Shown piece by piece: positions 37,687 to 49,639 of a stretch of DNA of 64,000 nucleotides. Within the stretch, counting starts at the first letter, position 1. Every line of letters begins with the position of its first letter. The notes under the pieces were generated by a model, which was not told the DNA's origin, made no database searches, and saw nothing but the letters and a program-made list of their open reading frames with translations. The stretch is from NCBI GenBank assembly GCA_951406725.2, contig OX597816.1:85684001-85748000 (forward strand). Direction: 5' to 3'. This DNA is from Octopus vulgaris. Taxonomy: Eukaryota. Position numbers and translations under genes: made by a program.

Positions 37687-37735
<49 letters not shown>

Positions 37736-37849
37736 TGTATATATACATGTAGATGTAAGTATGTACATATATGTACGTATATATGCATATATTTTATTTA
37801 TTTATTTTATTACTATATGACCGAACGCACGCGTTATTTCTCTTCTCCA

Positions 37850-37902
<53 letters not shown>

Positions 37903-37904
<2 letters not shown>

Positions 37905-38060
37905 GACGGACTGCTTTCAGTTTCCGTATATCAAGTCCTCTCACAAGGCTATGGTCAACCCGAGGCTATAGCAGAAACTCTTGCCTAAGAGGCCACGTAG
38001 TGGGACTGAACTAGGAACAATGTGGTCAGGAATCAAGCATCTTACCACACAGCCACTCCT
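37903..38060 (-). mobile_element. SINE family B 5' part
   Basis: tttcagtttccgt...ctcacaaggct...gtgggactgaac...cttaccacacagccactcct. Confidence 0.85.
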
Positions 38061-38517
38061 ATATTTCTAAGAAAAACAGGTAACTTTTTTACACTTCACA
38101 TTCCTCCGTTACCCAATTTACATTGCTCTATATGCACATGCTGTCGATTCACCAGTTCTTTCAACAATTTCCTCCTCAGATTTATGCTCCAGGATAGTTA
38201 CCATCTTGGATTACATTTTCAACTACTTTGGCATAGGCGGGTACGTATCCCTACATTCATATGCAGAAATACACAATTAGTATTTGGAACCTGTAGAGTT
38301 TTCAAATGCATTAAAAGGACAATGTATTACATATTAGATTTCACATCGGATATTTGTCAAAAATGAAATTACATTGTAATCCTGTAACCTGCCAATGAGA
38401 TTTCCATTGATTTCACGAAAGTAAATGATGTAGTTTTCATTATGCTTTTCACAAGCAATATACGTCACCATCAGTGCTATATGCATAATAATATATGCAC
38501 ACACACATACATATGTA

Positions 38518-38556
<39 letters not shown>

Positions 38557-38656
38557 ATTTATACATATGTGTATATATATATACATATATACATACATAT
38601 GTGTGCATGTACACACACACACCACACAAACACACACACCACACAAACACACACAC

Positions 38657-38715
<59 letters not shown>

Positions 38716-39696
38716 TATGATTTTTGGATGGAGACATTCGCAAATAGCAAACGATTTCCTGGGCGGAAGCGATTGCAAAGCTTACTCAAGCTTAATAGCT
38801 AGCAAAACCTGTAAAATTCCAAATTTAATTACAGAGAAAAATTTATTAGGTGCAATGTCTCAACTTATGTCCATAATTTATAGCCTCATTTGAAATATAC
38901 AAAAGATATGTCAAAGCTTAATTGAAAACTGAAAGCCATTTGTATAAATTTCTTTAATACTGCACTTTAAATCGATTGTTACAGTATGAGTGGAATCATT
39001 CATTTTATCATACTGCGATATATATACAAGCGCCGGATTACATACTTTCACACTTACATCTGAACAGACAGACATACAAATACATATATATATGTGTATG
39101 TGTGCATGCATGTGACTGTGCGTGTTTGTGTGCGTGTGTGTGTGTGTTATTTTTTGTTTTTGCATTTTGAATCACTCGATACATTAATATATTGAAATGA
39201 TGTGGTTATATAAATCATTGAAAATATATATCACACATTCTAACAAGCCGCTGAAATGCAAATGAATTTGAATCGAAAATACTCCTTACAGGGAAAAGTG
39301 CGAAGTACCTAGGGAACAATACGATAACATAGCGTCATTATAAGATGACCCCAGAACGTTGAATTTCAGAAGTTACAGGCTTTATCTAAATACGCTAGAG
39401 TATTAAGAATTCTGAAACAGTAATGCACTTTTAAAATATAACCGTCAATAACCATTAAATGAAACACACATGATATGTCGCTATTGAAACGCTACGCATA
39501 CCTAAACTCGTTACACAGATTTTTATATCAGATAATTGATGTCCTGCAGTATTACATATTCTAGAATATGTTATTACAATTATTGATGCACAATCCATAC
39601 ATGAACCCAGTCACGCATTCACATTTATATGCGTAAACGAACGTGAGCGCACGCTTGTATAATTTTTTTGTATGTATGTATATGTATACATGTGTG

Positions 39697-39747
<51 letters not shown>

Positions 39748-39809
39748 TGAGGGAATATCATTCCAAACTTACAGGCTAAAATTCAATTTAGAAATACTAA
39801 TTCAAATTT

Positions 39810-39852
<43 letters not shown>

Positions 39853-39853
<1 letters not shown>

Positions 39854-40200
39854 GTGACATGGTGACACCCTTCGGTCAGACATTGACTATGGGTTTGCAC
39901 TTAGAGAGTTACCCTCCGAGGCGCAAGTCTGGGCAAGGTTGTTTTTTATGGAAGACCAGCAGTCGCCCATGCATACCGGCCTCCCCTCTCCACGTCACCG
40001 ATGTTGTCCAAGGGAAAGGCAAGGTCCGATACAGCTTGGCACCTGTGACGACGCAACTCATTTCTACAGCTGAGTGAACTGGAGCAACGTGAAATAAAGT
40101 GTCTTGCTCAAGAACACAACACGCATCCCGGTCGGGATTCTAGCTCACAACCTCACGATCGTAAGCTCGACGCTCTAACCACTGAGCCACGCGCCTTCAC
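39853..40200 (-). mobile_element. tRNA-derived SINE family D, full length
   Basis: Head gaaggcgcgtggctcagtggttagagcg (A-box), then tgtgttcttgagcaagacacttt and ccagttcactcagctgtagaaatgag core. Confidence 0.88.
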
Positions 40201-40209
40201 ACACACACA

Positions 40210-40303
<94 letters not shown>

Positions 40304-40811
40304 CATACATACATATATATATGTGTGTGTGTGTGTGTATGTGTGTGTGTATGTTTGTGTATATGTATATGTACACATACATATACCTAGATGGACAGAA
40401 AATGCAGGTAATGTATTTTATACATTTATTAAATGCTTATATGCTTCCAATAAATATTGGGGGATGTTCTATTTCCATAATTCAGTCTTATCAATCAATC
40501 GATCCATACTGGATCTACTGAAGAAACAGAGAGCAGTACCACACGTTTAACTTCTTGCGTGTACGACTATACCGTGGGTTTAAAAATTTGACTGATGACA
40601 GCTTGTTGAGTTCTGGTGACTGGATTTCCTGATCTGTGGCAGGATAATTTTGTTAGTCTGATGTATCTTCATCTAGAGATGTTATGAAGTGTTTCGTCTA
40701 GATAATGAATCTGTGTCTATTTTGATATACATATCGATAGATGTAGGTATAGTTAGACAGAGGGATAAGTAGATAGGTAAATAAATAGTTAAATCGATAT
40801 GGGTGAGAGAG

Positions 40812-40872
<61 letters not shown>

Positions 40873-40884
40873 TCATGAACAGGA

Positions 40885-41050
40885 TTGATATGACATTCGT
40901 TGCAGCAAAAAATGTAGTTCGCTACACAACCATACTGTTTTGGATATAGACATTATGCGTCAACTGCATTCTACATTAACTAATGTTGAATCATTGCCTA
41001 ATGAGCAAACCTGGCTGAAGGGAACAACGCGGAAGTCCGTGTTTTATTAC
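40885..41050 (+). pseudogene. Possible C-type lectin N-terminal relic (speculative)
   Basis: MTFVAAK[fs]KCSSLHNHTVLDIDIMRQLHSTLTNVESLPNEQTWLKG resembles the CTLD pattern T(W/F)..A..C....H...I.....W.G. Confidence 0.25.
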
Positions 41051-41065
41051 TTACACACGAAAAGT

Positions 41066-41500
41066 CTGCGAGCTGGCAGAAATATTAGCACTTTGGGTGA
41101 AATACCTAGCGTTATTTCGTCTGCTGCTACGGTCTGAGTTCAAATTCCGCCGAGGTCGACTTTGCCTTCTATTCTTTCGGTATCGGTTAAATAAGTACCA
41201 GTTACGCATTAAGGTCGATATAGTTGACTTAATTCGTTTGTCTGTCCTTGTTTATCTCTTCTGTATTTAGCCCCTTTTGGGCAGTAAAGAAAAAAGAAAT
41301 AAGAAATGTTAACACGAGGGCGAAATGCTTAGCGGTATTTCGTCTGCCGTTACGTTCTAAGTTCAAATTCCGCCATGGTCGATATTGTCTTTCACCCTTT
41401 CGGGGTCGATAAATTAAGTACCAGTTACATACTGGAGTCGATCTCATCGACTGCTCCCCCCTACGCCTAAATTTCGAGCCTTGTGTCTAGAGTAGAAAAT
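41066..41500 (+). mobile_element. Two tandem SINE family A copies
   Basis: gagctggcagaaa...gagttcaaattccgccgaggtcgactttgcc...taagtaccagttac occurs twice. Confidence 0.88.
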
Positions 41501-41705
41501 ATTATTAATCTCATTTATTAATATTAATTATCTCATGTAAATTTTATGATGTTGGGTGTGGTTTGGAGGCATATCGGTCTTTATTCAAACATTTACCGGG
41601 GTATTTAACAGTGAAGCCATTGGAACATTGGAAGTTATTTCCTTATATTTTTATATGTATAGGTGCGCGCGCACACACACTCACACGTACAAACACACGC
41701 ATGTG

Positions 41706-41795
41706 CGAGGGGATTCTGAAAAGTTTCTGGTTTTGGATGAAAGAAAATACAGGAAGATCAGTTAACTATGACTTCATTCAACATATTCCTCTAGT
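41706..41795 (+). mobile_element. Mariner-type terminal fragment
   Basis: cgaggggattctgaaaagtt resembles the TIRs at 6934 and 61496. Confidence 0.55.
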
Positions 41796-41981
41796 GAATG
41801 TTCATTTTTAATGCTCTGGTATATTTTGAAGCTTATCAATATTTCTCAACTTTTTGAACTTTAATAAGAAAGGATGATAAAAGTGGACAATATAAATTAT
41901 GTTAAAATGTATTGGGCATAGAACCCAAGAAGATAGATCTACATTTAGTACCATGACGTGTAGTATATTTATGTATGTATG

Positions 41982-42032
<51 letters not shown>

Positions 42033-42060
42033 TTGTGTATATCTATATATATATATATAA

Positions 42061-42291
42061 TTAAATTACACCATATTACATATAATAGAAATATTAATAT
42101 TAAAATAACAATAAAATACCGATGATTAAGTAAATTACAGAAAAATAATAAAAACGTATATAATTGGTATATTGTATACGTTTTTATTACCTTATTATTA
42201 TTTTTTTGCAATTTACTTAATCATTGTTATTTTATTATTATTTTTACTTTAATATTTCTATTATATGTAATTTTTTAGATGGTGTAATTTA
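42061..42291. repeat. AT-rich long imperfect palindrome
   Basis: Mirrored blocks: taaattacaccat/atggtgtaattta, attacatataatagaaatattaa/ttaatatttctattatatgtaat, atgattaagtaaatt/aatttacttaatcat, aaaacgtata/tatacgtttt. Confidence 0.8.
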
Positions 42292-42331
42292 TTGCTCATT
42301 TTGAATTGATTAAAGTTGTTTTTTTCTAATT

Positions 42332-42385
<54 letters not shown>

Positions 42386-42387
42386 TG

Positions 42388-42751
42388 TATTCAAAGGGCA
42401 AGACCACCAGGTAGTCGGCTGTATGCTAGAAATAGATCATCAAAGATCAAACTACAAAGAATGTTCTCTAGAGGAAAGCTGGTGGTTAGTTTTACAAATT
42501 ACATTACCTGGAGAACGATCGCACTGACCAATCTACGGACAATTGGATTATATAAGTGATTCATTTGTAAATAGACGAAACCGCCGGTCTGTGAGTAATT
42601 CCGATTTTTTATATAATTTTCATCTCTCTTGCCCGCCTAATTGTTCTGGTGTCCGCTGAAGTTTCCTCTAGAGAACATTCTTTGTAGTTTGATCGTTGAT
42701 GATCTATTTCTAGCATACGGTCAACTACCTAATGGTCTTGCCCTTTGAATA
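42388..42751. mobile_element. Fold-back element (arms 42388-42477 / 42662-42751) enclosing a decayed hammerhead
   Basis: tattcaaagggcaagacca...ctctagaggaaa is mirrored. The spacer holds cgca CUGACCA aucua...uagac GAAA cc gcc gg UC ugug. Confidence 0.75.
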
Positions 42752-42856
42752 TACACATGTATTAGAATTTTCTCTGATTTTTGAGATTTTTATGCTAGGC
42801 TACTGGTTTTAAATAGATATTAATTAAATTAATATTAAATTTATCTCCCTCATCAT

Positions 42857-42905
<49 letters not shown>

Positions 42906-43239
42906 ATATATATTGTGTGAAATTTGATTTAGTATTTCCAAATTGAAAGTTTTCCCTGTAAGTTAGGATTAACATTCCCTCAAATAATTATATATATATA
43001 TATATCAGAGTTATATATCACAAGGGCGCTTTAAAAACACAACACCAGCTTTGCTAAAAATTAGGAGTGAAAACACTCCGAAGCCACAAAAATTAATATT
43101 ATGTTTTCATAAGCACAAATTAAAATCATACTATCAAGTTAATTGGTATTCTTTCTTGTAATTTTGCTGATACGGTTTTAGCTTGTGGCCACTAAACTTA
43201 GTATCTCTCGTGTGTATTAATTATATCTATATGTTTATG

Positions 43240-43293
<54 letters not shown>

Positions 43294-43849
43294 CTTTTAT
43301 TTGTTACTTGCTTCAGCCCTAAGATTGTGACCACGCTTGGGCACCTTAATATGTATATATTCCACAAATCGAATATTATAAATCACTATAAGATTACTAG
43401 AAAGATTCTGGAAAGCACCAAATGAATTCGATAAAATAATTAGATGTTAACTGCCACGTTACATTCATTATTTAATTATTTAAGTCTTAACGCTATACAT
43501 TTTAGAAAATATTGAAGACGTTATTGATCGTATACCACAATTAATGAGTCCTAACCGAATCGTTAGAGCTTCAGTAGAAACGGACTTGAAGTATTTATTC
43601 CGGTTTGTAAGATTAAATCTAGAATACCACCGAAAATAAATTCACGTTTAATTACACCGGACGGTGAAATAAAATTCTAGGTATTAATGAGGTTGGTTGA
43701 ATCATCTAACACATTTTCTATATGTTGCAGTATTTTATTTACTTAAATTTGAGTACGTTATTTTTTTTTACTTATTTGTTATTAGACGGTGAATCGGCCT
43801 CAAAGCGATCCTGCTATAAGTTAAACAAGTCAAAACGGGACACTAATTA

Positions 43850-44471
43850 GCTCTAACTTCATTGAGATTTGAAAATACAAATTCACCAGAAAATGAAACA
43901 GTATGAAATTGCGATTCACATCAGAATCTCTGCTGGCCCAACACAATGCAAATTGTTTATTTAATACATTAACTCTATTGAGTACGCCGTGGTTGTTGAA
44001 CGCTTGGATACTAAATTCGGCGCTATAATTTTAGTATAATTAGAAATGCCAAACCCCATTCCGACATAAATTGGTACAACTGTTGAAACAGTTTAACACC
44101 TTCTAAAATAAAAAATGTGAGTTTTGCAGGGAATATTTTGCATAAAATTTGTTCTATAGAAAGGAAAGAAATATTGTGCATTTCACGAAATTTCATAGGT
44201 TTCTCTATGAATGCAGCTATAGGCTTAATTCCTTTCCTTATTCCAGTTTAATAATTGATTTCTATGTTCACTTGCTATGTTTATCATTTAAACCCATAAA
44301 ACTATTCTCATTATTTATTCGTTTCATTATAGTATGAGTGATCATATTTGAATTTGCCTCGAGAAATTTCAATTCTTCTTTATAACGCCAACTACTATTG
44401 CCTATTTCCAAAATATTGTATTGTTTCTTTTTTCTGTACACTAGATTAGCAGCAACTATTTTTCTCCTCAC
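43850..44471 (-). pseudogene. Possible C-type lectin plus PAN-like pseudogene (speculative)
   Basis: EELKFLE...FMGLNDK..NWNK..CIH..QNIPCKTHIFYF, then VLNRVNVLNKQFALCWASRDS[fs]CESQF. Many stops. Confidence 0.28.
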
Positions 44472-44830
44472 CTATCTAAAGAAGGTATCAATTAACTCAT
44501 TTATCTTTAAAAGTGTCTCAAGTATTTTCGAACGCAGACTACTTTATTAAAGATCGTGTATAGCTATTATGTTTATCATTCAGCTTCAAGTATGCTCTTC
44601 AGAAATGTTAGCGTTTCAAACAAAATGCTCAGCAGAATTTCGTCCGGCTTTTTATATTCTGAGTTCAAATTTTGCTAGAGCCTATATTTGCTTTTCAACA
44701 CTTTGGTGTCGTTAGCAGTGGAATTAGTAGAGAAGCATTTAGATTAAGGCAATCGACTAATCCTCATTACTAAAGTCTGCTGACTGAGTGGCAAAATTTG
44801 AAACCATGATTTAGCATCAGTTCAGCTCTA

Positions 44831-44993
44831 GGCGTAAGAGTGGCTGTGTGGTAAGTAGCTTGCTTACCAACAACATGGTTCCGGGTTCAGTCCCACTGCG
44901 TGGCACCTTGAGCAAGTGTCTTCAACTATAGCTTCGGGCCGACCAAAGCCTTGTGAGTGGATTTGTTAGACGGAAACCGAAAGAATCTCGTCG

Positions 44994-45040
<47 letters not shown>

Positions 45041-45293
45041 TTGCATGCGTGTGTGTGTGTGTGTGCATACGTTTGTGTGTCTGTGTTTGTTCCCCAAACA
45101 TCGCTTGACAACCGATACTGGTGTGTTTACGTGCCGTAACCAAGCGATTCAGCAAAAGAGACAGATAGAATAAGTACTAGGCTTACAAAGAATAAGTCCT
45201 GGGGTCGATTTGCTCGGCTAAAGGCGGCGCTCCAGCATGGCCACAGTCAAATGCCTGAAACAAGTAAAAGAATAAAAGAGTAAAAGAGTAAAA
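44831..45293 (+). mobile_element. SINE family B, full length
   Basis: ggcgtaagagtggctgtgtggtaag...gggttcagtcccactgcgtggcaccttgagcaagtgtct...internal (TA)n(TG)n...tail (gtaaaaga)n. Confidence 0.93.
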
Positions 45294-46420
45294 TAGTTCC
45301 TTCCTCGCCGATTTTTTTTTTACATCAACATATACCTTGCACAATACAGCTTTTCTTGTGAGAGAAGACGATATAATGATTAATTGACGACGCTTTCTGA
45401 TAACAAGAGAGGAAAGGTATACAGACATCATCATTTGTTCGTGACCCTCTGTAGTAGTCGAATGTGAAGAATCTAACCTCTGTTAAAGAATAATAATTTT
45501 ATTACATCTCGACGATACTAATCACATTTACAGGAAAGCTCGTTATTTTTCACTGTGCATTTTATTTCCTTTCATTGTCAGGGAAATAATTAACACCTCA
45601 GTAGCTGCAAAATTATCAGTAATTTCTGTGTTTCATTTTAAATATAGTAGCGTAACTAAAATTTTACTTTAACAAGCGTATTTGTTAAATCGACGTCGTT
45701 AACTTTAATTTCTTTGTTTATATTCGTTAATTTTTCTTATCGATTATAATGTTTAAAATATTTTTTCTGTATATCGTGTATATTTATTTTAATCGGTATA
45801 ATATCATTGCTTTAAAAAAAAAATTTTAATAAATTTGCTAAAAACTAATTTCATACGAAAAATATGGTTACCCAGTGATGATACAAGGTAGATGTTCTGA
45901 ACTTTCTTACTAAAAATTAAAAAACAAAAGCAGAAGAAAAATGGCATCCAAATAGAAACTATAACGTATGTGGTCGGTATAAAGTATTTATTAGTTATTT
46001 TTCAGTTTACATTTGAAGTTTTTATTCGTACTTTGGCATTCTCAAAGAAAGAAGACTATAATTTTGTAACCGATATTTTACTTTTTTCATCATCGTCGTC
46101 GACATCATCATCATCACTAGTAGAAGGAGCAACAGTATCCTCATTACCAGCACCAGCACCAGCATCATTACATCCCTCACTTCCTCTTCTTTTTCGTACT
46201 CCTCACAACCCCCACCCCCACCACCATCATCACCATCATCACCAATATGATACGTAATGATGTTATTTTGCTATTGCAGTCGATTTTAATGGTGGTGTTT
46301 ATATTTTTTTACTTATTGCATATAACAAAGCAACAAAGCGAGGAATTGCAATCATACGTTTAGCAACCGAAATTGGGAGAAAACATGATAAACAAAAACA
46401 CTTCTGTATGTATGTATATG

Positions 46421-46475
<55 letters not shown>

Positions 46476-47771
46476 AATATATATATATATATACGTTTAC
46501 ACACGTAAACGCACACCTCCATCTATACATATTATAGATACATATATACAGAAATACACAAACACACACGCACATATGTATGTGTATTTATGCATATATC
46601 TATCTCCTAAATATGCAAGCATATATACGTAGATAACCAGGAGCTGCCAACATGAGTAACGATTTGTATTTTGTTTTTCTAAACGTTAAATCATGTAAAC
46701 TCTTATAAATTGCAACATAAATCTATTCCGTATATGAGTGCATGTGAGCGTATGTGTGTGTGTTTGCGAGCGTGTTTGAGCGTGTTTGTGTTTATCTATT
46801 TTTTGTATATGTACGTAATACATGCAGACAAACACACACACACACATATATGTATGTATATATATGTGTGTGTGTGATTGTGTGTGAGTGTGTATGAGAA
46901 AATAAGAAAGAGCCATACATACAATCAAAGACATAGAGAAGGCTATGAATATATACGTGCGTATGAAAATAAATTGAAAATGAATCTTGTTCAAGTGGCT
47001 ATGAAAAAAAATTACAGACTTTGTCAGAAGACATTACAAAAAGTTATATAAATTTTTCAAATAAAATACATATGATTCCTAATCATTTTCTTTGTTATAC
47101 TATTTATTTTTTGTCTTCATTGGAGCTCATATTTAATCAACCATTGATTTCCTGCAGGCTTTTTGAAACCTTCTTGAGGTTTAAACTGATGTTTTATCAG
47201 ACTGTATTTACAAGATGTATCATACGGAAGAAATAAATACATTCCTCCATTTTGAATATTTCTTACTTTATTTCATTTCTTTAGTCGGAAGCCAAACAAT
47301 ATTTTCTAGTTTTGAATGCGTCAAACATTCAATTATATTGTAGAACACACCAACTTTACAAAAGAATAAAAGGAATTAATTAATCCGTTATAGTTTCTTT
47401 TGTTTTGCTTTTTTGTTGTTGTTAATATTTTGCTTTTTATTATTATTTTTTCTCCTTTCTATGTCTAAAATGTCTAATATAAAACTCTGTGCAAGAAAAC
47501 ATTTTCATTGGCTTCCACAAGCCTGCATATGCTGAATAAGAAATATCATCAGATTGAGTAGTTAAATGCAATGCTTTGTTGAATATAACTCGTATACAAT
47601 TCAAGATTTATGGTGACGAATTGAGTATTACATAGAACCGAAGGTTTTGCAAGCTTTGCACTAAACACCTTTTATTAATATTCAGTTTCGATCTCATGAC
47701 GAAGCAATACCATTTCATACATAAATGTTATATTCATGTTAATATCAAACACTTACACACACAGAGACATA

Positions 47772-48540
47772 TCATCATCATCATCATCGTCGTCGTCATT
47801 TAACGCCTGCTTTCCATGCTGGCATGGGTTGGATTGTTTGACTGAGGACTGTTGAGCCAAAAGGCTGCACAAAGGCTCAATTTGACGTGGCAAAGTTTCT
47901 ACAACTGCATGCTCTTCCTAACCCCAATCACTTCGAGAGTTTAGTAAGTACTTTTACGTGCCATCGACACGAGGGCCAGTCAGGTAGTTCTGGCAACGGC
48001 CACGCTGAAAAGATCTTTTTACGTGCTATCTGCACAGGAGCCACTCCGGCGACACTGGCGACGACCACGCTCGAAGATTTTTCACGTGCCATCGGCACAT
48101 GCGCCAGTAACGTGACACTGACAATGACCACGTTCGAATGGTGCTTTTTACGCACTACCGGCACGGGAGCCAATCCGTGGCCCTGTTAACCACACGCTAT
48201 GATGTGATTTTAACGTTCCACAGGCCCGAGTGCAAATCAGGCGGTACTGTCATCAGCCACGTTAGCGATTTTGATTTTGATTTTGATTTCACTTGTCCTA
48301 ATAGGTCTTCGCAAGCAAAGATTATTGTCCAATGAATGATGGGTACACATAAGTGACTGATTACACCCACTGGCATAGGCCACGGGCTATGCTCTCACTT
48401 ATCTTGTCGGGTCTTCTTAAGCACAGCATATCTCCAAAGGTCTCGGTCACTAGTCATTGCCTCGGTAAGACCCAATGTTGACCACTTCATCTCAGGTCTT
48501 CCTAGGTCTACCTCTTCCACAGGTTCCCTCAACTGCTAGT
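47772..48540 (-). mobile_element. RTE-like LINE 3' end with long repeat-containing 3'UTR and (GAT)n tail
   Basis: LAVEGTCGRGRPRKT*DEVV..LTEAMTSDRDLWRYAVLKKTRQ. The UTR has about four copies of ttttacgtgcca-like units. Confidence 0.75.
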
Positions 48541-48551
48541 ACGTATATATG

Positions 48552-48624
<73 letters not shown>

Positions 48625-49562
48625 GTATATATTTGGTGAACTTCCATGCAGTTTCCATAAACAAACTTTCACTGAAATTGCACTCAACAATGCAGGACAG
48701 TAGTATATATTCTCTAATACTGCAAGAGTGAGATAGATACCAATATATCACGTTGTTGTGTGCAATTCCATCGTCGATTTAATTTAAAATCCTTGATATC
48801 TTAGAAGCACACTAGAAACTCTGAGGAGTGGACAACAAATCGGAATAAACATCCTATGTAGCTATCTAGATATTTGCAGCCTTTCTTTTCTTTAGAAAAA
48901 TATCATAGCGAATATATGTCTGCGTCCTTATTTCACGCACAAATTGCTTTGAAGTGTTTATAGGATTGCAAAATGAAGTGCTCAAATGTAATTGAGACAG
49001 AGATAAAAAAACATTGATCATAGAAATTACATCAAATTCGAGTCAATCCAAAACTTTTATCATATATAAATATTACCATCGTTCTTAAACATATAAAAAA
49101 TATACATATACAAAAACACAGAAGGTAAAAATATATATGCGAAAAGGTAAATTGAATCGAATAAAAATTTCTAAAGCGTATCATGCTACTAAAAATCTAA
49201 ATAAATTGAAATAAAATAAAATATGAATTGATTAAAAACTGTTTTTACTCCCCTTACACAAAAGAGTACGTCCAAAAAGTTCAATTCTTAAGAGTCCAGG
49301 AGCAAAAAGAGATCCACAAAATCAAATCAAACACACCTATGGCCATTTTGGGAGTTCATTGCTGCGGTTCGATTATAGCTAAAGTGCATCTCGGCAATGA
49401 CCCCCTAATCAGTACTCTTTCACCACAACTTTCTCTCACTCTTCCTTCTGTTAGCCTGCTCGCTTAGAAGCGGGGTGGCGTCATTTGAAGGCTAAAACAA
49501 TGCGAAGCACATTGTGCCCAGCGATGTGTAGCAACATCTGGTAGCCTGGTCGGTCACGTAAT

Positions 49563-49614
<52 letters not shown>

Positions 49615-49639
49615 ATGTGTGTGTGTGTGTGTACAGATA

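Noticed and set aside
37250-37690. Possible hammerhead around ccttcgaaac / cccgatgaagggg in a T-rich pseudo-LTR-like fragment
   Set aside because: I could not build consistent stems I-III. It may be a truncated PLE end, but no ribozyme is supportable.
38080-38300. Possible exon or Tc1 N-terminal relic
   Set aside because: No convincing motif in any frame; left unassigned.
40125-40200. tRNA gene candidates here and at 52385-52458
   Set aside because: These are SINE heads continuing into SINE bodies, with no intact cloverleaf.
43060-43090. ggagtg-aaaa-cactcc-gaa hairpin resembling hammerhead stem II
   Set aside because: No CUGANGA-like core and no NUH site.
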